NCBI RefSeq assembly: GCF_043950625.1
Contig: NZ_CP171007.1
Reading direction: 5' to 3' (one strand)
Origin: Alkanindiges sp. WGS2144
GTDB taxonomy: Bacteria > Pseudomonadota > Gammaproteobacteria > Pseudomonadales > Moraxellaceae
DNA length: 32,000 bases
Made by a program: the position numbers and the translations under genes. The notes under the pieces were generated by a model, which had not been told where the DNA came from, made no database searches, and saw only the letters and a list, made by a program, of their open reading frames with translations. Below are positions 14,052-23,942 of the stretch, one piece after another (the stretch's first letter is position 1; each line of letters begins with the position of its first letter).

Positions 14052-16679
14052 TTAAGCCGTAGCTTCCACCTCAACATTGCCTTCCAAAAAATCCTTGGCA
14101 AAGCGCTGCAATACGCCACCGGCCTCATAAATCAAGACTTCTTCGCCGGTATCCAGACGTGATGTTACTGGCACCTCAACACTCTCACCATCTTTGCGGT
14201 GAATCACCAGCGTTAAATCAGCACGCGGGGTATGACGGTCGCCTTTGACATCAAAGGTTTCAGTGCCATCAATGTTTAAGGTATTGCGGTCAGTGCCTGC
14301 CTTAAACTCTAGCGGCAATACACCCATACCTACCAGATTGGTGCGGTGAATCCGCTCAAAGCCTTCTGCCACCACCACTTCAACCCCAGCCAGACGCACG
14401 CCTTTGGCTGCCCAGTCACGGCTAGAGCCTTGCCCATAATCCGCACCAGCAATAATAATCAGCGGTTGCTTGCGGTTCATGTAGGTTTCAATGGCCTCCC
14501 ACATGCGGGTTACCTGCCCTTCTGGTTCAATGCGTGCCAGCGAGCCCTGAATCACCTTGCCGCTCTCATCGCGTACCATTTCATTGAGTAGTTTCGGGTT
14601 GGCAAAGGTTGCCCGCTGCGCGGTTAAATGGTCACCACGGTGGGTGGCATAAGAGTTAAAGTCTTCTTCCGGCAAGCCCATTTTGTGCAGGTACTCACCT
14701 GCCGCACTATTGAGCAAAATAGCGTTAGATGGGGACAAGTGGTCAGTGGTAATGTTATCGCCAAACACACCCAGCGGACGCATACCAGTTAAGGTACGCG
14801 GGCTAGCCAGTGCGCCCTCCCAATACGGCGGACGGCGAATATAAGTGGACATTGGCCGCCAGTCGTACAGTGGACTCTCAGCTTCTTCAATCTGGCCTAG
14901 GTCAAACATGGGGATATACACCTGACGGAACTGCTCAGGCTTAACGCTTTTGGCGACCAGTGCATCAATTTCGCTATCCGATGGCCAGATATCTTTCAGG
15001 TAAACCGGATTGCCGTTTTGGTCGTGACCCAGCACATCGCGCTCAATATCAAAGCGAATCGTACCAGCAATCGCATACGCCACCACCAGCGGCGGAGACG
15101 CTAAAAACGCTTGCTTGGCATAGGGATGAATCCGCCCATCAAAGTTACGATTACCGGATAGCACCGCTGTGGCGTACAGGTCGCGGTCAATAATTTCCTG
15201 TTGAATTTGTGGGTCTAATGCACCGGACATACCGTTACAGGTGGTGCAGGCAAACGCCACAATGCCAAAGCCCAGATTTTCCAGCTCACTTAACACACCG
15301 GCTTCTTTTAAGTACAGCTCAGCGGCTTTGGAGCCGGGTGCAAAGGAGCTTTTGACCCATGGTTTACGGGTTAAGCCCAGCGCGTTGGCTTTTTTGGCCA
15401 GTAAGCCTGCTGCCACGGTATTACGCGGGTTAGAGGTATTGGTACAGGAGGTAATCGCAGCAATAATCACTGCACCATCTGGCATGAGCCCTTCAGCTTC
15501 CTGCGCACGGGCAGCTTCCAGATTACCGGCAATGCCTTTGGCAGCTAAATCGCTAGTAGACACCCGCGCATGCGGATTGGATGGCCCGGCAATGTTACGG
15601 GTCACGCTAGATAAATCAAAACGCAGCACACGCGGATACACCGCCGTTTTTAAATCATCTGCCCACAGGCCGGTGGTTTTGGCATAGTTTTCAACCAGTG
15701 CCACTTGTTCATCATCACGACCGGTCAGCTTTAAATAATCTAGTGTTTGCTGGTCAATATAGAACATGGCAGCGGTGGCACCATATTCAGGCGTCATGTT
15801 GGATAGCGTGGCGCGGTCGCCCACGGTCATACTGTCGGCGCCTTCACCAAAGAATTCAATGTAGGCACCCACCACGCGCTCTTTACGCAAAAACTCGGTT
15901 AGAGCCAGCACAATATCCGTGGCAGTAATGCCGGGCTGACGTTGCCCGACCAGCTCCACGCCCACAATATCCGGCAGGCGCATCATGGAGGCACGCCCCA
16001 GCATCACGGTTTCGGCTTCCAGGCCGCCCACGCCCACGGAAATTACGCCCAAAGCATCCACATGCGGGGTATGCGAGTCAGTGCCCACACAGGTATCGGG
16101 AAAGGCAATTCCGTCACGGTTTTGAATCACTGGCGACATTTTTTCCAGATTAATCTGGTGCATGATGCCATTACCAGCAGGAATCACATCCACATTTTTA
16201 AACGCAGTTTTTGTCCATTCAATAAAATGAAAACGGTCTTCGTTACGGCGGTCTTCAATGGCACGGTTTTTGGCAAAGGCATCCGGGTCAAAACCACCGC
16301 ACTCGACGGCTAAGGAATGGTCAACAATCAGCTGGGTAGGTACTACCGGATTGACTTTGGATGGGTCACCGCCCTGCTCGGCAATGGCATCACGCAGGCC
16401 AGCCAAGTCAACCAGTGCGGTCTGGCCTAAAATGTCATGGCACACCACCCGCGCCGGATACCACGGAAAATCCAGATCCTGGCGGCGTTCAATCAGCTGG
16501 GTTAAATAATCGGTTAAATGCTCAGGCTCAGCACGGCGTACCAGTTGCTCGGCCAGCACACGCGAGGTATATGGCAGGGTGTCATAGCTACCGGGCTGGA
16601 TGGCTTCAACTGCTGCACGGGTGTCAAAATAATCAAGGTTGGTGCCGGCTAGGGGTTTACGGTATTGGGTATTCATCAT
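14052..16679 (-). CDS. acnD: Fe/S-dependent 2-methylisocitrate (2-methylcitrate) dehydratase AcnD, aconitase family
   Basis: 875-aa ORF. The N-terminus 'NTQYRKPLAGTNLDYFDTRAAVEAIQPGSYDTLPYTSRVLAEQLVRR' is the form I associate with AcnD rather than AcnA. It has aconitase Cys ligand regions ('ITSCTNTSNP','CTTCNGMSG'). prpF is in the same window. Confidence 0.85.
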   Translation of the reverse strand: MMNTQYRKPLAGTNLDYFDTRAAVEAIQPGSYDTLPYTSRVLAEQLVRRAEPEHLTDYLTQLIERRQDLDFPWYPARVVCHDILGQTALVDLAGLRDAIAEQGGDPSKVNPVVPTQLIVDHSLAVECGGFDPDAFAKNRAIEDRRNEDRFHFIEWTKTAFKNVDVIPAGNGIMHQINLEKMSPVIQNRDGIAFPDTCVGTDSHTPHVDALGVISVGVGGLEAETVMLGRASMMRLPDIVGVELVGQRQPGITATDIVLALTEFLRKERVVGAYIEFFGEGADSMTVGDRATLSNMTPEYGATAAMFYIDQQTLDYLKLTGRDDEQVALVENYAKTTGLWADDLKTAVYPRVLRFDLSSVTRNIAGPSNPHARVSTSDLAAKGIAGNLEAARAQEAEGLMPDGAVIIAAITSCTNTSNPRNTVAAGLLAKKANALGLTRKPWVKSSFAPGSKAAELYLKEAGVLSELENLGFGIVAFACTTCNGMSGALDPQIQQEIIDRDLYATAVLSGNRNFDGRIHPYAKQAFLASPPLVVAYAIAGTIRFDIERDVLGHDQNGNPVYLKDIWPSDSEIDALVAKSVKPEQFRQVYIPMFDLGQIEEAESPLYDWRPMSTYIRRPPYWEGALASPRTLTGMRPLGVFGDNITTDHLSPSNAILLNSAAGEYLHKMGLPEEDFNSYATHRGDHLTAQRATFANPKLLNEMVRDESGKVIQGSLARIEPEGQVTRMWEAIETYMNRKQPLIIIAGADYGQGSSRDWAAKGVRLAGVEVVVAEGFERIHRTNLVGMGVLPLEFKAGTDRNTLNIDGTETFDVKGDRHTPRADLTLVIHRKDGESVEVPVTSRLDTGEEVLIYEAGGVLQRFAKDFLEGNVEVEATA

Positions 16680-16962
16680 TTGGCGTTTTAACAGTTAAAT
16701 TGGCTTGGAAGACTTAAGTCCGCCTTGCTGGTGTGTGTATTGGGATGAAGAACCATGGTGCATCCTTCTCCACTTGTCCTTGTTTATTGTACGCCCTCCA
16801 GATAGCGTTTCCCAAATCCTTTATTTTTCAAACAATTAACTATAAAAATAACTACTTTTGAAATATTTAGTTACGTTTGTTTGGGCTTTTTGCACTAAAG
16901 CTGATTTTTTTGCAAAATTAAGCCATGATAGGACTCACTAATGCGTTATTTTGCAGAGAAAT

Positions 16963-17703
16963 ATGATGGCTGATTTGTCTTTTATGCGGTTTGAATTAAA
17001 CGGTAAGGATGCCGAGACATTTTTACAGGGACAAGTGACGGTAGAGGTCAGCAAGCTGGACGATAGTAGCTATCAGGCTACAGCGATTAGTGACTTAAAA
17101 GGCCGGATACAGTTTGGGCTATGGCTAAATCGTCATAGTGCGGAACATATTGAGGTGATTATCAGCAGTGACCAAAGTGAGGCACTACAGGCGCACATTA
17201 AAAAATACGGCGCGTTTTCCAAGTTTCAGCTCTCCCCTGCCGAGCCCGTTTATCCAGCTATTGTGAATGGCAAAGCCAGTTTTAACCATACAGATGACAG
17301 CACCAGTGTTGAGGCATGGCAGCAAACCGCGATTAGCCAGGGGCAAGCCTGGATAACGGCAGCAACCGCTGGTTTATTTCAGCCACAGGAGTTGCGCTTG
17401 CATCAGCGTGGTGGCGTGGATTATGACAAGGGCTGTTATCTGGGGCAGGAAATTATTGCACGGTTATGGTTTAGAGCCAAACCCAAGCACTGGCTGCACT
17501 TAATTCAGGCAAGTATGGGTGACGTGCCAGCGGCTGGTCAGCAACTGGACAATGATATTCAGGTGGTCAATGCCATTGCTGATAATAATGCTCAAGGTTG
17601 GCAGGCCTTGGTAGTGGCAAAGCCTGCGGCATTGGCAGCGTCGATTTATCAGGTGCTGGATTTGCCAGAAGGCTTAAATGGTGATGTTGCCAGACCAAAA
17701 TAA
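16963..17703 (+). CDS. ygfZ: YgfZ/GcvT-like folate-binding protein
   Basis: 'GKDAETFLQGQVT' near the N-terminus and the signature 'YDKGCYLGQEIIARL'. I start it at the ATG at 16963 rather than the track's TTG at 16951. Confidence 0.7.
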   Translation: MMADLSFMRFELNGKDAETFLQGQVTVEVSKLDDSSYQATAISDLKGRIQFGLWLNRHSAEHIEVIISSDQSEALQAHIKKYGAFSKFQLSPAEPVYPAIVNGKASFNHTDDSTSVEAWQQTAISQGQAWITAATAGLFQPQELRLHQRGGVDYDKGCYLGQEIIARLWFRAKPKHWLHLIQASMGDVPAAGQQLDNDIQVVNAIADNNAQGWQALVVAKPAALAASIYQVLDLPEGLNGDVARPK

Positions 17704-17756
17704 TCACTAGTGCTTGAATTTATCAGGCCTGTTTTAAGGCACTGTAGTATGAGAGC

Positions 17757-18881
17757 CTAATCCCTCTCATACGCCTCAAACAGCTCTTTTAGGCCATGCG
17801 GCTGGCTGCGTAAATACTGCGGTGCAATCTGTATTATTTCATCCAGTCCAGCCGCTGCATGCCACGGCCAGCGTGGGTCATACAGCATAGCCCGTGCCAA
17901 GCCAATCACATCAGCTTGCTGCTTTTGCAAAATTTCTTCTGCCTGCTGAGCCTCAGTAATTAAACCCACAGCAATCACTGGAATATCGATAGCTTGCTTA
18001 ATGGCAGCCGCAAAGGGCACCTGATAGTTAGGTCTAATATCAATTTTTTGCTGAACATCCAAACCACCGCTAGACACATGAATATATACCGCGCCCAGTT
18101 GTTCTAATTGTCTGGATAATTCAATACTGGATTCTACATCCCAGCCTTTGCGCTGCGGTTCATCTACCCAGTCACTGGCAGAAATGCGCACACCAACCGG
18201 AAAGCCTTCTGGTACGGCCTCTTTAATGGCAACAAAGGTTTCCAACGTCATACGCAAACGGTTTTGCAAACTGCCGCCGTAGTCATCTTCACGCTGGTTG
18301 GATAATGGCGATAAAAACTCATGCAGCAAGTAGCCATGCGCCGCGTGTAGCTCAATTAAGTCAAAACCGGCAGCCACTGCCCGCTTGGCAGTACTGGCAA
18401 AATCCTGCTGAATTTGTTTAATCTCATGTAATTCTAAAGACCGGGGTGCCGTATCTTGCAAATTAAACGGCAGCGGACTTGGTGCAACCGTTTGCCAGCC
18501 ATGCGGATGATCTGCCGCAATTTGCTGACCGCCATGCCAGGGTTTATCAGTCGAAGCCTTGCGCCCGGCATGTGCCAATTGAATAGCAATCGGCACAGGC
18601 GTGTATTGTCTAATCTCCTTTAGCGCGTTCTGCATGTGTGCTTGCTGGCTTTCATTCCATAAACCCAGATCACCATAACTAATGCGGCCATTGGGCTGTA
18701 CCGCAGTGGCTTCCACAATAAAAAGCCCTGCACCAGACAGTGCCAGATTCATCCAGTGTGCGCGGTGCCAAGCCGTTATTTCACCATCATTATTGGAGGA
18801 ATATTGGCACATGGGCGCCACAATGATGCGGTTTTTCAGGGTTAAACTGCCAAGATTAATTGGACTAAATAACATGCTCAT
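17757..18881 (-). CDS. NADH:flavin oxidoreductase, Old Yellow Enzyme family (YqjM/NamA-like)
   Basis: 374-aa ORF. 'LFSPINLGSLTLKNRIIVAPMCQYSS', 'HAAHGYLLHEFLSPLSNQREDDYGGS'. Confidence 0.85.
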   Translation of the reverse strand: MSMLFSPINLGSLTLKNRIIVAPMCQYSSNNDGEITAWHRAHWMNLALSGAGLFIVEATAVQPNGRISYGDLGLWNESQQAHMQNALKEIRQYTPVPIAIQLAHAGRKASTDKPWHGGQQIAADHPHGWQTVAPSPLPFNLQDTAPRSLELHEIKQIQQDFASTAKRAVAAGFDLIELHAAHGYLLHEFLSPLSNQREDDYGGSLQNRLRMTLETFVAIKEAVPEGFPVGVRISASDWVDEPQRKGWDVESSIELSRQLEQLGAVYIHVSSGGLDVQQKIDIRPNYQVPFAAAIKQAIDIPVIAVGLITEAQQAEEILQKQQADVIGLARAMLYDPRWPWHAAAGLDEIIQIAPQYLRSQPHGLKELFEAYERD

Positions 18882-18915
18882 TCATTACCTCATCACCAAT
18901 AAAACTTTTGAAAAT

Positions 18916-19518
18916 TTACTTCGACACCGACGTATGCCCCGTCCGGCTAAAGCGCATTAACCAGTGCGCTGCTTCCCCGGCGTAGTCCACGCCAATACGT
19001 TTGGATACGCTTACTGGTACATCTGACCTGGTTTTATCTTCTACCCATAGGCCTAAATCTTTACTTAACAAATGACTATTTAGCCGCTTATCAATCTGCA
19101 AGAACTTGGTCAACTTGGCCGGGCCTGCACCTGCGCGTATGTCCTCGCCTTCTATATATACTGCACGGATGAGTACCGCTTCCGGCTGGCCAATTTCAGT
19201 GGTGACGATATTAAGCAAATAATGCAGCCCATAAATCAGGTACACATAAATCGTGCCAGCTTCCTTATACATCACGCTGGTACGCGGTGTGTGACGGCCA
19301 CCAAAAGCATGACAGGCGGCATCCTGTATGCCCAAATAGGCTTCGGTTTCAGTAATCACCGCTTTAATTACCCGGCCATCTTCCATCCGACGGCACAGGT
19401 AACAGCCAATCAGGTCCGCCGCCACTACAGCAGTAGGTCGCCTAAACCACTCATGTGGCAGAATACCAGAGGTGTTTGGATTAGTCGGTTGCGTAGAAGA
19501 TTTAGCTGAACTGGGCAC
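18916..19518 (-). CDS. mpg: DNA-3-methyladenine glycosylase, Mpg/AAG family
   Basis: 200-aa ORF with a GTG start. 'VAADLIGCYL', 'ITETEAYLGIQDAACHAFGGRHTPRTSVMY...GTIYVYLIYGLHYLLNIV'. Confidence 0.8.
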   Translation of the reverse strand: MPSSAKSSTQPTNPNTSGILPHEWFRRPTAVVAADLIGCYLCRRMEDGRVIKAVITETEAYLGIQDAACHAFGGRHTPRTSVMYKEAGTIYVYLIYGLHYLLNIVTTEIGQPEAVLIRAVYIEGEDIRAGAGPAKLTKFLQIDKRLNSHLLSKDLGLWVEDKTRSDVPVSVSKRIGVDYAGEAAHWLMRFSRTGHTSVSK

Positions 19519-19645
19519 GGCGGGTTGTCATTCCTGATACTTGTTTTTCTTACTTTAAGACCAATATTGCTTGGGTAATAAGCCAATTAAGTCCCTTATT
19601 TGTAAGTCTGTTTTAACGCCCTTCCAGAATGTGCTGAGTTTGCCC

Positions 19646-20467
19646 ATGCCCGAATTACCCGAAGTTGAAACCACCAAAACCAGCCTTGAGCCACTGCTTG
19701 GTCAAAGCATAACCCACATACAGGTGCGTCAACCTAGCCTGCGCTGGCCAGTGCCGGATGACTTGAGCAAACTGTGCGGACAAAAACTGCTTAAGCTAGA
19801 GCGCCGCGCCAAGTATATTCTAGCGCATTTTGAACGCGATGCCTTGTTGCTGCATTTGGGCATGTCGGGTAGTTTTAGTATCTGCGCCCCTGCTCAGGAC
19901 TTGCGTAAACATGATCACGTGGTTTTACAGTTTATGGACGATAGCGGGCATCTTACTGAACTACGCTACCATGACCCACGCCGTTTTGGCTGTATGTTAT
20001 GGCTGGAAAATGGCACGCACACGCTACTCAGTAAGCTTGGGCCAGAACCTTTAGATAACGCATTTAATGCCGAGTATCTGGCAAGCAAATTAAAAGGTAA
20101 AAACACGGCCATTAAGGTAGCAATCATGGACAATACGGTGGTGGTGGGCGTAGGGAATATTTACGCCACTGAAAGCCTGTTTAATACCGGCATTCACCCA
20201 GCGCGATCTGCGTGTTCATTAAGCATGGATGAAATCAATACACTGGTGCCTGAAATCAAGCGCATTTTAAAACAGGCCATTGATTTAGGCGGTTCTACCT
20301 TGCGCGACTATACCAATGCCATGGGCGAAAACGGCTATTTTCAGCAAACTCTGCTGGCTTATGGCCGGGCTGGTGAAATGTGCGTCAATTGTGAGACCAC
20401 CTTAGAAACCCTGAAACTCGGCCAGCGTGCCAGTGTGTTTTGTCCCCAATGCCAACCTTTGAAATAG
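19646..20467 (+). CDS. mutM: Formamidopyrimidine-DNA glycosylase
   Basis: The canonical 'MPELPEVETTK' begins at the ATG at 19646, so the track ORF's 25-codon extension is unlikely. C-terminal zinc finger 'CVNCETTLETLKLGQRASVFCPQCQ'. Confidence 0.9.
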   Translation: MPELPEVETTKTSLEPLLGQSITHIQVRQPSLRWPVPDDLSKLCGQKLLKLERRAKYILAHFERDALLLHLGMSGSFSICAPAQDLRKHDHVVLQFMDDSGHLTELRYHDPRRFGCMLWLENGTHTLLSKLGPEPLDNAFNAEYLASKLKGKNTAIKVAIMDNTVVVGVGNIYATESLFNTGIHPARSACSLSMDEINTLVPEIKRILKQAIDLGGSTLRDYTNAMGENGYFQQTLLAYGRAGEMCVNCETTLETLKLGQRASVFCPQCQPLK

Positions 20468-20542
20468 TATCAACCTTTGAAACAGTGCCAGCTCTAGAAT
20501 CAGTCTTTGTTTAAGGAAATTTTTAGGGCTAGCGCACTGGGT

Positions 20543-21436
20543 TTAAGCGAGCCTTGCATAATATAAAACTACAATGGCTACGATGGACGAAGCAACAAAC
20601 ACCCAACCGGATTTTTTCAGTTTTTCCTTAAAAATAACCAGCCCAGCTATCACGCCCAATAACACTACCAGAATATTCATGCTGGCAAATACAATGGCCG
20701 GATTACTGGCCAGTTGCTGATGCGCCTTGATATAAAACCAGATATTGCAAAAATTAAGTACCCCCAGGCTTAAGCCCAGCCCTATATGCTTAAGCCAAAA
20801 CAGCTGCTTAAATGTTCCCTGCACAGCTTGCCATACCACCAGCCCTGTTAAGGCAATACTAAAACTGGCAAACAGCGCGGTACTGGTAGAATAGCCCAGC
20901 GTAGAAATATATTTAAGCAACACATCTACCGCGGCATAACCTACCCACACCAGCAATAATATGCCGCTATGCCGGGCAAACTGTGCGGTATTTTTTGTTT
21001 TACCGGCCGTGCTAAATATCAGCCCGAGTACTGCGACCAGACCCAGACCTATACCCACTATTTTTAACCGGGTAAAACTTTCATGGAATAGCCAATACGC
21101 TGCCAGTAAGGACAGTAATAACGACATGCGCTGGGCAACTTCGGTTTTAATCAGCCCTGCCCGCTGCAAGGATTTTGATAAAGCCAGAAAAATGCCCGGC
21201 AACAATACACCCAGTGCCACTAAAGCCAGCCATGAGGTTTGCCGATGCGCCAGCAGGTTGGTAAAGTCCGGCTTGAGCAAAAAGCCAGTGAGCAACACGG
21301 CTGCCACATAATTCCAGCTAATGAGTGCCATGGCCGAGGCACCGCGGCGTACCGACCACTTTAATAATAGCGATACCAGTACACTGCACAAGGCAGCCAG
21401 TAGCAATTGTGGCATAGCAAACAACTCAACAGGCAA
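20543..21436 (-). CDS. EamA/DMT-superfamily transporter
   Basis: 297-aa ORF, about ten hydrophobic helices in two halves. The start is uncertain (M1 or M8). Confidence 0.65.
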   Translation of the reverse strand: MPVELFAMPQLLLAALCSVLVSLLLKWSVRRGASAMALISWNYVAAVLLTGFLLKPDFTNLLAHRQTSWLALVALGVLLPGIFLALSKSLQRAGLIKTEVAQRMSLLLSLLAAYWLFHESFTRLKIVGIGLGLVAVLGLIFSTAGKTKNTAQFARHSGILLLVWVGYAAVDVLLKYISTLGYSTSTALFASFSIALTGLVVWQAVQGTFKQLFWLKHIGLGLSLGVLNFCNIWFYIKAHQQLASNPAIVFASMNILVVLLGVIAGLVIFKEKLKKSGWVFVASSIVAIVVLYYARLA

Positions 21437-21437
21437 A

Positions 21438-21467
21438 TAATAAAAAACGACCCTGTTGGATCGTTTT
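21438..21467 (-). terminator. Rho-independent terminator of ffh
   Basis: Minus strand AAACGATCC-AACA-GGGTCGTTT (one U.G pair) followed by TTTTTTATTATT. Confidence 0.7.
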
Positions 21468-21481
21468 ATGAAATTAACAAA

Positions 21482-22936
21482 TTAGCGGTTTTTCTTACCA
21501 AAACCCGGCGGTAATGGCATATTACCCGGCATTCTACCCTGGCTCTCCTCTGCACCACCAAATAATGGCCCCAGACCGCCACCACCACCTTGCATTTCCT
21601 TCATGCCGCGCATCATCTTGGCAATGCCGCCAGGACTAGAAAACTTGCGCATCATTTTGGCCATCTGGTTGTGCTGCTTAAGCAAGCGATTAATATCCTG
21701 AATTTCCATGCCACAACCCGCCGCAATTCGGCGCTTACGGCTGGGATTAATAATATCCGGATTACGACGCTCTTTAATGGTCATGGACCGGATAATTGCT
21801 TCCATTTTGCTCACTTCTTTTTCCGGTTTGGCCTGCTCTAATGCCTGCTGAATGCCACTACCGCTCATACCGGGCAACTTGTCCAAAAAGCCTGCCATGC
21901 CGCCCATGTTTTTCATTTGTTCAAACTGAATCAGCATGTCTTCCAAATTAAAGCGGCCGCCTTTTTGTAGTTTTTGCGCCATCTTTTCCGCTTTTTCGCG
22001 GTCAATCTTGCGCTCAACTTCTTCCACCAGCGATAGCACATCGCCCATGCCCAAAATACGCTGGGCAATCCGCTCCGGGTGAAACGGCTCCAGGGCATCC
22101 AGTTTTTCGCCCATCCCCAAAAACTTGATGGGCTTGCCGGTAATGGCACGTACCGATAACGCAGCACCACCACGCGCATCACCATCAGTCTTGGTCAGGA
22201 TCACACCGGTTAGCGGCAAGGCATCATTAAAGGCCTTGGCGGTATTGGCGGCGTCCTGTCCGGTCATGGCATCCACCACAAACAGGGTTTCAGTTGGGTT
22301 AATAGCTGCCGTTAATGCCTTGATTTCATCCATCATGGATTCATCAATATGCAAACGACCTGCGGTATCCACAATCAGCACATCGGCAAACTTGATTTTG
22401 GCCTGCTCAATGGCGCGCGTTGCAATATCAATCGGATTTTCGTCACTTGATGACGGAATAAAATCCACACCCACATCATTGGATACGCTACGCAGCTGTT
22501 CAATGGCCGCCGGACGGTACACGTCAGCCGACACCGTCACTACTTTTTTCTTTTGCCGTTCTTTTAAAAACCGCGCCAGTTTACCCGCAGTGGTGGTTTT
22601 ACCCGCACCTTGCAATCCCGCCAGCAAGATCACCACTGGTGGCTTGGCAGTTAAATTCAGGCTCTGGTTGGCCTCACCCATCATTTCAGTGAGCTGGTCA
22701 TAGACAATTTTAACAAAGGCCTGACCCGGGGAGAGTTGCTTTAAAACTTCCTGTCCTAACGCTTCGGTTTTGACTTTTTCAATAAACTCACGGGTTACTG
22801 GCAAGGCCACATCAGCCTCAAGCAGCGCCATGCGTACTTCCCGCAAGGTATCCTTGATATTATCTTCATTTAATTGCCCGGTGCCGGTAATATTACGCAG
22901 GCTCTGGGTCAAACGATCGGTTAAAGTATCAAACAT
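21482..22936 (-). CDS. ffh: Signal recognition particle protein Ffh
   Basis: 484-aa ORF. 'MFDTLTDRLTQSLRNITG', GTPase 'LAGLQGAGKTTT', 'DTAGRL', 'TKTDGDARGG', and a Met-rich M domain. Confidence 0.95.
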   Translation of the reverse strand: MFDTLTDRLTQSLRNITGTGQLNEDNIKDTLREVRMALLEADVALPVTREFIEKVKTEALGQEVLKQLSPGQAFVKIVYDQLTEMMGEANQSLNLTAKPPVVILLAGLQGAGKTTTAGKLARFLKERQKKKVVTVSADVYRPAAIEQLRSVSNDVGVDFIPSSSDENPIDIATRAIEQAKIKFADVLIVDTAGRLHIDESMMDEIKALTAAINPTETLFVVDAMTGQDAANTAKAFNDALPLTGVILTKTDGDARGGAALSVRAITGKPIKFLGMGEKLDALEPFHPERIAQRILGMGDVLSLVEEVERKIDREKAEKMAQKLQKGGRFNLEDMLIQFEQMKNMGGMAGFLDKLPGMSGSGIQQALEQAKPEKEVSKMEAIIRSMTIKERRNPDIINPSRKRRIAAGCGMEIQDINRLLKQHNQMAKMMRKFSSPGGIAKMMRGMKEMQGGGGGLGPLFGGAEESQGRMPGNMPLPPGFGKKNR

Positions 22937-23089
22937 TGCGAATTCCGCTGGTAACTTTGCAAAAAATATTGCCTAGGATAGAAAATTAACGCCCCAGATG
23001 CTATAGGATATTGCATACTTCGGGTGATTTAATATGATTGCAGTTTTAAACAATGATAATGCAAATCCTAAAAATCAGGTGCGAATGGC

Positions 23090-23905
23090 ATGACTAGCCT
23101 GCCTGTTATGTTAGCACTGCTTGGCGCTGTTGCGTATGCCAGTACCTTTTGGTATCTGCTGATGCACTTAATGCAAAAGACGCCGCCGGGTAAAATGCTG
23201 ACCATGGTGCTACTATGCCTTGGTCTGTTTTTACATGGTCTGGTCTTATTTCCTGACCTGATTACGCCTGCGGGCATTAATTACAATATTTTTAATCTAT
23301 TCTCCCTTACCTGCTGGCTAATGCTGGCCTTTAGCCTGCTGTTTAGCAGTTACCGGCCTATTCTTGGATTGAATTTGCTAGCCACGCCTGTTGCCTGCAT
23401 CGGCCTGCTCATGAGTGTCATCTGGAAAGCGCCGCTGGTAGTGCTTAATCAGGGCGGTATTGGGCTGGATGTGCATATTTTCTTGTCGCTGAGTGCCTAT
23501 TGTATTCTGTTTATGGCCAGTATTCAGGCAGTTTTGCTGTGGGTACAAAACCGCGAGCTGAAGCAAAAAAGTAACAAGCGTATCTGGGTGGCCCTGTTGC
23601 CCCCACTGCAAACCATGGAAAAACTGCTGTTTGATATGATCCTGCTGGGTTTTGTAATACTCACAGCCGCCCTGGCCTTTGGCTTTTTTACCGTGGACAG
23701 CTTTTTAGCACAGCATCTGGCACACAAGACCGTATTTAGTATTTTATCCTGGCTGGTATTTGGCGTATTGCTGATTGGTCACTGGAGACTAGGCTGGCGC
23801 GGTCAGCGTGCAGTAAGCTTTACCTTATGGGGATTTGGCCTTTTGCTAACAGGTTTTATCGGCAGCAAACTGGTACTGGAACTGATTTTAAAAATTCCGG
23901 CTTAG
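23090..23905 (+). CDS. ypjD: YpjD-like inner-membrane protein (CcsA/cytochrome c assembly family)
   Basis: 271-aa polytopic ORF divergent from ffh, the same arrangement as E. coli ypjD-ffh. Confidence 0.7.
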   Translation: MTSLPVMLALLGAVAYASTFWYLLMHLMQKTPPGKMLTMVLLCLGLFLHGLVLFPDLITPAGINYNIFNLFSLTCWLMLAFSLLFSSYRPILGLNLLATPVACIGLLMSVIWKAPLVVLNQGGIGLDVHIFLSLSAYCILFMASIQAVLLWVQNRELKQKSNKRIWVALLPPLQTMEKLLFDMILLGFVILTAALAFGFFTVDSFLAQHLAHKTVFSILSWLVFGVLLIGHWRLGWRGQRAVSFTLWGFGLLLTGFIGSKLVLELILKIPA

Positions 23906-23942
23906 TTTTTTAATCCACTGACCTGATAAGTTTTTCCACTAT

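Noticed and set aside
14346-16717. Several long plus-strand ORFs antisense to acnD (e.g. 15241-15687, 15942-16313, 16361-16717)
   Set aside because: They lie entirely inside a well-supported 875-aa aconitase-family gene. Their translations are low-complexity and Arg/Ala/Pro/His-rich with no recognisable motifs, which is typical antisense-frame noise.
16911-16925. Sigma54-like element upstream of acnD (minus strand TGGCTTAATTTTGCA), which would be expected if a PrpR-type activator controlled acnD
   Set aside because: By my count the GG-to-GC spacing is one base shorter than the consensus TGGCAC-N5-TTGCA, the -24 box is poor, and no prpR is visible in the window. The evidence is too weak to call.
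20453-20482. Tandem-like direct repeat CAACCTTTGAAA x2 at the end of mutM, checked as a possible repeat array or att site
   Set aside because: There are only two 12-bp copies 6 bp apart, one inside the coding end of mutM, with no further copies or spacers. It is not CRISPR-like and has no associated mobile genes.
22125-22703. 192-aa plus-strand ORF antisense to ffh, plus smaller ORFs at 21590-21841 and 21931-22185
   Set aside because: They are embedded in the highly conserved ffh gene, have no SD or motif support, and show compositional artefacts of the opposite strand.
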